Assembly (NCBI GenBank): GCA_963814005.1
Contig: CAWFBA010000003.1
Span: 640-64,639 of the forward strand
Length of the DNA stretch: 64,000 nt
Direction of reading: 5' to 3'
Origin: an uncultured Thermoleophilaceae bacterium
GTDB lineage: Bacteria > Actinomycetota > Thermoleophilia > Solirubrobacterales > Thermoleophilaceae
The notes under the pieces were generated by a model. That model was given only the letters and a program-made list of their open reading frames with translations, was not told where the DNA came from and searched no databases. Of the stretch, positions 53,510 to 61,138 are shown one piece after another; the stretch's first letter is position 1, and each line of letters starts with the position of its first letter. A program made the translations under genes and the position numbers.

Positions 53510-53897
53510 ACTCGATAGCCGGGGCGCCGAAGGCTCGGGCCATGCTCACGTCCTTCTCGGCCAGGCTCAGGGCTTCGTCGCGTTGCTCGGCAGCGAGGAG
53601 CGCGCGAACTGCGAGCGGGGGCCAGTGCGGCGCGAGCTCGGCCCGCGTCCCGAGCTCGTCAACCCGGCGGTCGCCCAGCTCGGACAGCTCGCGCAGCGCC
53701 TCGTCGGGCTTGCCGAGCGCCAGATAGAGGCGGGCCCGAGCCGCCCGCAGGAACCGGAACCCAAGCGTTTCCTCGTAGCGTTCGAGATCGAGCGTTATCG
53801 CCTCCCGCGCGGCGTCGAGGTCGCCGCGATCTTGCACGGCGATGCGCGGGATGAGAGGGTTGGGGAACACGTCAAGCCAGGAGGGGGCGATGCCCAC
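53510..53897 (-). pseudogene. fragment of a TPR-containing large transcriptional regulator, cut off at the repeat boundary
   Basis: LYLALGKPDEALRELSEL...ALLAAEQRDEALSLAEKDVSMARAFGAP resembles the TPR region of LuxR/SARP-type ATPase regulators. The reading frame runs straight into repeat copy 2 at 53509/53510, and no N-terminal domains are present. Confidence 0.5.
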
Positions 53898-54043
53898 GTT
53901 CCTGATCGAGGTCTCCTACACGCCGGACGGCGGGGCGTCCCAAAGCGGGGGCGGGACTTGTAGGCGTGACGCGGTGGCCCCGGTGGCCGAGAGCGTTGGG
54001 GACGACTCGAGCGCTCCTACTGTTGAACGGACGGAGGCACGCG

Positions 54044-55385
54044 ATGAGCGGCCCTGATGAGCAGAGCAACCCCGGTTCGTTGTATTCGTCACCTGAGGAG
54101 GCGCGCCATGCGGAGCCTGAGGAGTTCCTCTACTTGGCGTGCCTGCACGAGGGCACGGGGGTGCGCGCGCCCGACTTTCTCGCCGTCGTCGACGCCGAGG
54201 AGGGCCGGGTCGTCCACGAGACGCCGATGCCGAACGTAGGCGACGAGCTCCATCACTTCGGTTGGAACCGCTGCAGCTCTGCCTGTCACGGCCCTGATCG
54301 CTCGCATCTGATCGTGCCCGGCTTTCGGTCCTCGCGCATCCATGTCCTCAACGTCGCAGACGACCCGCGGCGGCCTCGGATCGAGAAGGTGATCGAGCCG
54401 GAGGAGCTCGTCGAGAAGACGGGCTATACCCGTCCGCACACGGTCCACTGCATGCCGGGCGACAACGTGGTCGTGAGCATGCTCGGCGATCGGGAGGGCG
54501 GCGGCGCCGGCGGCTTCGCGGTCCTCGACGCGAGCACGTTTGAGCTGAAGGGCCGCTGGGAGAACGGCGGCGGAGCAGCCGCCCTTCAACTACGACTTCT
54601 GGTACCAGCCGCGCAAGAACGTGCTCATCTCATCCGAGTTCGGCGAGCCGAACGCGTACGAGGAGGGCTTCGACATCGAGGACGTCGCGGCCGGGCGCTA
54701 CGGACAGCGGCTGCACTTCTGGGACCTCGCCGAGCGGCGGCTGGAGCAGACGATCGATCTGGGCGAGCAGGGGCTGATTCCGCTCGAGGTGCGGTGGCTA
54801 CACGACCCCGACGCGGAGGGTGGCTTCGTGGGCGCTGCCCTCTCGAGCAACATGTTCCGCTGGCACCGCCCGAACGGCTCCTGGGAAGCCGAGCAGGTGA
54901 TCTCGGTCGAGAACGTCGAGCTCGACGGGTGGCCGCTCCCGGGCGGGGTGCCCGGCTTGATCACCGACCTGCTGGTCTCGATGGACGACCGCTTCCTCTA
55001 TTTCTCGAACTGGCTCCACGGCGACCTACGCCAGTACGACGTTTCGGATCCCGCCAACCCGACGCTGACGGGCCAGTTATGGCTCGGCGGGCTGCTCGGC
55101 AAGCCCAGCGACGCGGCGCGCGACCTGAACGGCGGACCGCAGATGATCCAGCTCTCGATGGACGGGCGAAGGCTGTACGTCACGAACTCGCTCTACTCGA
55201 CCTGGGACAACCAGTTCTATCCTGCGCTTCGCTCGTGGCTGCTGCGAGTGAACTGCTCGCCCGAGGGCGGGATGGAGGTCGACCCAGACTTCTTCGTCGA
55301 CTTCCATGACCGCCCCGGCGGTCCCGCACGGGCCCACGAGGTGCGCCTCCAGGGCGGCGACTGCACGACGGAGATTTTCCAATAA
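54044..55385 (+). CDS. selenium-binding protein SBP56 family / methanethiol-oxidase homologue; one apparent frameshift (~54580)
   Basis: MSGPDEQ...YSSPEEA...EEFLYLACL...HHFGWN.CSS, then after the shift YDFWYQPRKNVLISSEFGEPN...QMIQLSMDGRRLYVTNSLYS.WD.QFYP...GGDCTTEIF. Confidence 0.85.
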
Positions 55386-56209
55386 TCATCGCTAACCATC
55401 TTGGTGAGACCCGGGTCCCGGCCCGCGCCGCGGGCGACGCTGCCCGGCGTGCCTTGGCTCGTGCTTTGGCGCTCCGATGAGCCTGCCATTCGCGCACGTC
55501 GGAGGCATCCCGGTCGAAGAGACCCTCGGGTCGTTTGGTCCCGCGTTTCTTTTCGCGTTTGGCGCCGCAGCGGCAATGGTTCGCGCTCGTCTCGGCGGGG
55601 TGCGCCCTCGCGAGCGGCGCACCTACGGTCACAAGACTGGGTGCCGGGTGGGGGCTGGCATTCGAGGGCGGCACGACCCGGACCCGGCCGGGCGGCTGGA
55701 TTGAACCAGCGGCCGCTTGCCTCGAGGCCGTGGGGCTGTCGGAGTAGCGATGCCGCGAGCAGAACGGGCTTGATGCCCGCGCCAGTTGCGCGCCAGTGAA
55801 CCCGGGCTCGGGCGGATTCTCCACCTGGCAGGCGCGACCTCAGTCGCAGCGCAGGATTCGGCTCTGTAGAGCGCGAACCGCATCCGGACTTCGATCGCGT
55901 TCCACTCGCCGCCCTCCTCCCCAATGGATGCCGACAACGAGATCGGATCGCCCTGCAACGCCGGCCGGTGGTAGGTCGTGGTCGCCGATCGCAGCACCCA
56001 CATCGCCTTGGTCCGCTTGAGCGCCATGCCGCTCCAGGTCGCCGTGCTGGCGGACAACGTCTGCTTCGGGTGTGGCGAAGCCCAACGAGCGGGGGTTGAA
56101 CGTCTCGGTGTGATGCCATGTTCGCGGCCCTCGTCCCGCAAGAGTGACGTCCTTCGATCTGCTCACCCACGGGGATTGCGCTTCAGCCTCGGTCGCGCGC
56201 CTCGAGCGG

Positions 56210-58285
56210 TCAGCGGCTGTGGGCGCTCGCGCTTACAGATGCTCTTCGTCCCATCAGGACTGAGCTGGCGTGGACGTTTCCGCCGCGTCCGGTGAGCACG
56301 CCGCGGCGGAGCTGGAGGCGTAGGACGCCGACGTTGCCGGGGAGGCCGCGGACGCTTAGTCGGTGTGGGGTGAGTGCGATGGTGATGCCGTTGTAGCGGG
56401 TGCGTGTCCTGGTCAGTCTGAGGTTGATGTCGGGGAGGCCGGCGCGCGCGAGCCTCAGGGTGCCGAGCGGGGGCGTTCGAGTGCGTGCGACACGAAGCCC
56501 TCGCGGGAGCTTGATGCTCAGCGACCGCATCCCGGTTCGAGCAGAGAGGGCGATCGCGGCGGGGCGGTTGTGGCCTGCGCGGACGCGCAGCGCCAGCTGG
56601 CAGGGAGCGAGTAGGAGTTGCGCGGCGGTAGTCGCGCGGGCGGCGGTGACGGTCAGGGTGTGGGCGCCGTCGGCGATTACTGAGAGGGCGGCCGGTCCTA
56701 CCTTCACGTGCCGGCCTTTGCCCATGCGCCGTCCGTCGACTGAGACGATCAGGTTGCGTTTGGAGCGAAGCGTGAGGGGCGCCCAGGGTGTGACGGGACG
56801 GCCGTAGGACGTTGTGACCCGGTGCCCGCCGACGCTGAGGACTCTTGGGGTATTGATCGTGCGGCACGCCCAGCGGTCGACGAACGCACGAGGCTGGGTG
56901 TCGAGCTGGCGTGGCGCTACCTGGGCCGACTCGGGGGAGGCGAACGTGCGGGTGGCGATGGCGTTTGTCGCTGCCACGCGACAGGCGAAACGGGCTCCGA
57001 TGGCCTTGTCGTCGAGCCGGAGCCGAGTCGTCGTCGCGCCGGTCACGTCACGGCCGTTGCGAAGCCACTGGTACTGAAAGGAGGTGCCGGGTGGGTAGCC
57101 CGCTGGGAAGCAGGTCAGCTCGCCACCCGCGATCGCCCGTCCTTCTAGGGAGACCGCGCCGCTAACGGGCGCGACACCGGTGCCGTTCACCCCCACCGGC
57201 GTCACGGGCTGGGTCGAGTTGCCTGTGATGAAGAACAGCGACGCTTCCTTCTCGCCTGCTGTGGTGGGTTTGAAGTGCACGAGCATCTGGCATGACTTGC
57301 CGGGGTCGAGCGTCTTCGCCGAGCAGCCATCGTCGGTGACGAAGAAGACGTCTGGGCGCCCAGTGATGAACAGCAGCTGCTGCACTTGGAGCGGCGCATC
57401 GCCGTCGTTTGTCAGGGTGGCTGGCAGCGTGCGCTCCTGCCCGATCTGGACGTCCCCAAAGGCGACCTGGGTGGGACGCACCAATGTACGCGGACCGAAC
57501 AGCGCAGTCGCGGTGATCGGGATCACCATCGGGCTCGAAGCGCTGTCGCTGGCAACCTCTAGTTGCGCGTGGAAGGTCCCCGGCCCGGCAGGGTTAAAGC
57601 CGATGCCCACCCCACAGCCCGATCCAGCGCCGTAGGTCTGGTTGGCGCAGTTCTGGCCCCACGCGACGTAAAACAGCCCGGCGTCCGGGCCGGTGATGTT
57701 TGCGGAGCTAGTCTGGACGCCCGCGTCAGGAGAGACGTTGATGTTGATGCCCTGCTGTTGACCGCCGTAGAACCAGGGCTGGGGAGTGAAGTCCAACGGG
57801 TTCGGGGTGGCGGTCAACGTGCCGGTGATCCCACTGCCGGTCAGCGGGACGTCCACCGTTCCGCTGTCGTCGACTAGCGACAGGGTCGCGCTTTTCGCCC
57901 CATGCGTCGTGGGGAAGAACTCGACGGTGACCTGGCAGGAGCTGCCCCCACTCACGGTCGCCCCGCCGCAGTCCTGGTTCGCGACATTGAACTGCGACGA
58001 ATCGGCTCCGGCGATGGTTACGTCAGAGACGGTCACATCGGACCCACCACCATTCGTGAACACGACCGACAAGTTCTGATGGAACCCGCCGTGGATGTCC
58101 TGATCAGAAAAGCTCGCCGCCGCTGGTTGGGGCGACAGCGCGGAGGGTGCCGCGAGGGCCGGAGCCGCGAAGAGCGACGCGGCGAGCACGCTCACGCACG
58201 CGACGACCACGACAAGGAGGCCGTAGCGGGACCAGATGCGGGCAGGGAAAGACGAGAGAGGGTTCACCTGACCTGCATCGGCCAC
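56210..58285 (-). CDS. secreted/surface protein with three choice-of-anchor-D (ASH/HYDIN-like) beta-sandwich domains and an Arg-rich C-terminal region
   Basis: Intact 691-aa ORF with GTG start and signal/TM (LLVVVVACVSVLAASLFAAPALA). A pattern recurs three times: TN.G...V.....I.G.....F......C....V..G.SC...V.F.P...G...A.L. Confidence 0.75.
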   Translation of the reverse strand: MADAGQVNPLSSFPARIWSRYGLLVVVVACVSVLAASLFAAPALAAPSALSPQPAAASFSDQDIHGGFHQNLSVVFTNGGGSDVTVSDVTIAGADSSQFNVANQDCGGATVSGGSSCQVTVEFFPTTHGAKSATLSLVDDSGTVDVPLTGSGITGTLTATPNPLDFTPQPWFYGGQQQGININVSPDAGVQTSSANITGPDAGLFYVAWGQNCANQTYGAGSGCGVGIGFNPAGPGTFHAQLEVASDSASSPMVIPITATALFGPRTLVRPTQVAFGDVQIGQERTLPATLTNDGDAPLQVQQLLFITGRPDVFFVTDDGCSAKTLDPGKSCQMLVHFKPTTAGEKEASLFFITGNSTQPVTPVGVNGTGVAPVSGAVSLEGRAIAGGELTCFPAGYPPGTSFQYQWLRNGRDVTGATTTRLRLDDKAIGARFACRVAATNAIATRTFASPESAQVAPRQLDTQPRAFVDRWACRTINTPRVLSVGGHRVTTSYGRPVTPWAPLTLRSKRNLIVSVDGRRMGKGRHVKVGPAALSVIADGAHTLTVTAARATTAAQLLLAPCQLALRVRAGHNRPAAIALSARTGMRSLSIKLPRGLRVARTRTPPLGTLRLARAGLPDINLRLTRTRTRYNGITIALTPHRLSVRGLPGNVGVLRLQLRRGVLTGRGGNVHASSVLMGRRASVSASAHSR

Positions 58286-58561
58286 GATTGGCCAATCCCG
58301 TAGGCGCCGACACCAATCCTGCGGCCAACGACACCTGGGTTGAGGTTGGCGGAATGGCCATCTTCGTCATGACCGTGGCCGGCATCTGGCTAATGCAGCA
58401 CGCAGACAGAACCCGCTGCCCGCGCAATCGGGCGGGCGCCCGACGCGGCCGAGGAGCAAGAGGCTCGAGACAGCCTTTCTACGCCGCGGTCGAGCCTCCT
58501 CATCGACAAGGTGTAACCGCAGCTGCCCCGCAGCGCCGGCGGAGTTCCGATCGCCGACTCG

Positions 58562-58604
<43 letters not shown>

Positions 58605-58979
58605 TCGCCCCGATCGGCTGGCGACGTAGGCTGGTCGCGCCGCTGCGGGCCGAGACCGACCCCCGCGGGAAAAGCAGTGTTAAGTCGCTCACATGGACCT
58701 CTCCAAGCGGAGTAAGGTCAGTCATTAGCTGGCCCTGCGGCCAGAATCCTCAGCTCAAGCCCGAAAGCCACCGACGGCGCAGTGTGCGCCACGAGGCGAG
58801 AGGCGGGGGCCACTGGGTTTTGACTGCGGGGCTGGTGCTTTTCTGGAGGCCTCGCCGTCTGGCGAGCTCCCGGGCAGCCTTTCAGCATCGCTGCCGCTGG
58901 CAGGGCGCGAGCTGACACCGAGCGACGCCCCAGAACTCGGCGATACTTGGCGTCCAGGCATCCGACGAGGAGGATCCGC

Positions 58980-59231
58980 ATGGCCCAGACCAAAGCGCAG
59001 CGCAGAGCCTCAGCAAAGAAGGCGGCCGCAACGCGAAAGCGCAACGCCGCCAAGAAGAGCGCTCGGGACCTGAAGGGGCCTGCCCGCAGCACCGCCGGGC
59101 GTGTGGCCGACCTGGCAAAGGCCGCCGGCAGTACCGCAGAAAGCGCGGCGAAGTCGGTTACTAAGCGGGTGGGTGCAGTCCGCGGCGGCGGTGCAGTCAA
59201 GCGCAAAAGGGGGACCCGCAAGAGACGCTGA
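58980..59231 (+). CDS. small Lys/Ala/Arg-rich basic protein, histone-H1-like / nucleoid-associated candidate
   Basis: 83 aa (MAQTKAQRRASAKKAAATRKRNAAKKSA...KRKRGTRKRR). A strong RBS GAGGAGGA lies 6 nt upstream of the ATG. Confidence 0.6.
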   Translation: MAQTKAQRRASAKKAAATRKRNAAKKSARDLKGPARSTAGRVADLAKAAGSTAESAAKSVTKRVGAVRGGGAVKRKRGTRKRR

Positions 59232-59311
59232 GACATCCGCTCCGAGCCGGCCTACGGCATCGACCTGACGCGGCACGCGCAGCGCGGGTGGGGCCGGCGC
59301 AAGGCGCGGAC

Positions 59312-59551
59312 TTAGACCGCGTAGAGAAACGTGTAGGCCGCCGTCATGCCCTCTTGGGTCCACTGCGCCAGGCAATAGCGGTAGGCGCCGCCTTTCGCAT
59401 CTGAGACGTCGATCGTTTTGGGTGGCCTGCCTTCCACGGCCTCAACCTCGAGCGTGGTGCCCTGCATAGGCCCGTCCTCTAGGAGCGCCTGCACGGCGCC
59501 AGCATACGGTCGGACCAGTCCCCCACGACGCGCGCGAGAGTGGCGGCTCAT
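59312..59551 (-). CDS. small hypothetical protein (79 aa)
   Basis: Internal Met of ORF 59312..59656 (MSRHSRARRGG...GRPPKTIDV...YRYCLAQW...YTFLYAV). Third gene of a same-strand trio. Confidence 0.4.
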   Translation of the reverse strand: MSRHSRARRGGLVRPYAGAVQALLEDGPMQGTTLEVEAVEGRPPKTIDVSDAKGGAYRYCLAQWTQEGMTAAYTFLYAV

Positions 59552-59586
59552 GCTGCGTCCGTCCCCCCACGGCCTGGGCGGCTGGC

Positions 59587-59799
59587 TTAGTCGTGTGACG
59601 CCTCGAGGTGGGTGTAGCGCGGATCTGTGCCACCGACCTCGCGGCCGTTCAGCCAAGCGCGACCACCAACTCGGTGGATGTCCAATTTGCGTCTGGTATT
59701 GATGCTCTGCCCAACCCGGCGCTCGCCCTCGGCGCGGCGCGGCTCGCCCCGCCGTCGTGCGGCGCCTGTTGCCGTGCGGTGTCGCTCTGTGGTCGTCAT
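59587..59799 (-). CDS. small basic hypothetical protein (70 aa)
   Basis: Its ATG overlaps the stop of the upstream ORF (ATGA), suggesting translational coupling. Confidence 0.4.
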   Translation of the reverse strand: MTTTERHRTATGAARRRGEPRRAEGERRVGQSINTRRKLDIHRVGGRAWLNGREVGGTDPRYTHLEASHD

Positions 59800-60071
59800 G
59801 GTCTCAACCCTTCCAGTTCTAGTACGCGTTGCTGGCTCTCGGCGAGCAACTCGAACGGGCCCGCGTTGAGCCCTCGATAGCCGTCGTCGTCGACCCAGTT
59901 GAGCCAAGCCTTCCGCGCTGTGACTTGATCGCGCGCTGCCCGGAGCCGGACGTCGGCTCCGAACTCGGTCGACGTTCCGACAGCGACGTCAAGGCGCTCG
60001 CCCAACCGGTCCTGCTCGACCAGCGCAGCCTCCAACCGCTGGACCGCACTGTCGTGTTCCTGGCTTGCCAT
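59796..60071 (-). CDS. small acidic helical hypothetical protein (91 aa)
   Basis: ATG preceded by GAAAGG. Coiled-coil-like sequence. First gene of the trio. Confidence 0.45.
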   Translation of the reverse strand: MASQEHDSAVQRLEAALVEQDRLGERLDVAVGTSTEFGADVRLRAARDQVTARKAWLNWVDDDGYRGLNAGPFELLAESQQRVLELEGLRP

Positions 60072-60398
60072 GGCTCAACCTTTCAGTCCCTCTGTGGGGG
60101 CAGCGCGAAAGGAAGAGAGAGAGTGAGACCTAACGAGCGTCCAAGGCTTCAGAACAAGACTACTCCGATCAGCGCCAGCCAGAAGCGCGAGACCTAGCTG
60201 ACCGAAAAGGCGCGGCGAACCCCCCGAAAGCGTCGATGCAGCTCCCGGCTCCCCGCGGCCTCCCCTGGCCTTGATCGAACTTCGTCGCCCTCGGCCCACT
60301 CGAACCGAGGAAAGGCGTCGGATCAGGCGAAGCCGGACCGCTCCTGAGCGAGATTCCGTGCGGCTTCGGATCGGCGGGCCGGTATGTCACCTTCGCCT

Positions 60399-60941
60399 TC
60401 AAGCCGACGGAAGCCGAATGCTGATGGCCACCTCGATGGTGTCGCGCACTTTCAGCGCGCCCATCAAGCCCCGGTAGGGCTTGATGCCCCACTCGCTCTG
60501 AGTGATAGGCAGCGTCCCGCTCACGTGGCCGTCGGTCGCCAGCTCTAGGACGAAGCTCGCGGGCCGCGTCGTGCCAGCCATGGTGAGCTCGCCGCGCACG
60601 CTCAGCTGACCGTCACTGCGCTCGACCGCCCTCGAGCGAAAGACGATCGGCTGTCCGCCCAGGATCTGCTTGTCGATCTGCTTGCGGATCTCCGCGCGGT
60701 CCCTGTCACTAAGCGGCTTGACCCCGTGCAGCCCCTTGCGCACCTGGAGCGAGCCGGGGTCGACCTCGAGCCCGACCGCGGACGGACTGCCGTCCTCGCC
60801 GACCTCGACCGTCGCCTCCCACTGCCCGACGTCGATGATCAGGTCGTGGCCGATCTTCTGCGCCATGCCGTCACGGTAGGTGCGCACTTGCACCGTCCCG
60901 CTGTCACGGCCTAGCCCGTGGGTGCCGGTGCGAAGCCTCAT
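60399..60941 (-). CDS. YceI-like polyisoprenoid-binding protein
   Basis: 180 aa with a beta-barrel pattern: GEL(T)MAG.TRP and WGIKPY...G.LKV.D.IEV. Confidence 0.75.
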   Translation of the reverse strand: MRLRTGTHGLGRDSGTVQVRTYRDGMAQKIGHDLIIDVGQWEATVEVGEDGSPSAVGLEVDPGSLQVRKGLHGVKPLSDRDRAEIRKQIDKQILGGQPIVFRSRAVERSDGQLSVRGELTMAGTTRPASFVLELATDGHVSGTLPITQSEWGIKPYRGLMGALKVRDTIEVAISIRLPSA

Positions 60942-61138
60942 GAACCGGATCGTACGCTCGGTGCCGCAATGAACTGCTACCCGCGCGCCACCGCCTAGAC
61001 TTGAGCGGGGCTCGCGTGTCGCGGTTTCGCGGGGCTGCCCGTGCGAACACCGCGGGAAGGCGGTTGCGGCGAACGAGGGTGCCGAAGCAGGGGTGTCGGA
61101 GCTCGAGGCCGCACTGGCCGACTAGGTCGGACGCATAG

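Noticed and set aside
55978-56295. Plus-strand ORF containing CFGCGEA, suggestive of a PaaI/hotdog thioesterase.
   Set aside because: The similarity is limited to a 5-7 residue string. The rest of the ORF is Arg/Ser-rich nonsense, and it partly overlaps the 3' end of the 56210..58285 gene. It is kept only as part of the unassigned-region finding.
61105-61138. CCGAC-TAG-GTCGG hairpin just downstream of the SARP regulator stop, considered as an intrinsic terminator.
   Set aside because: The stem is only 5 bp, with no flanking U-run. This is not sufficient evidence.
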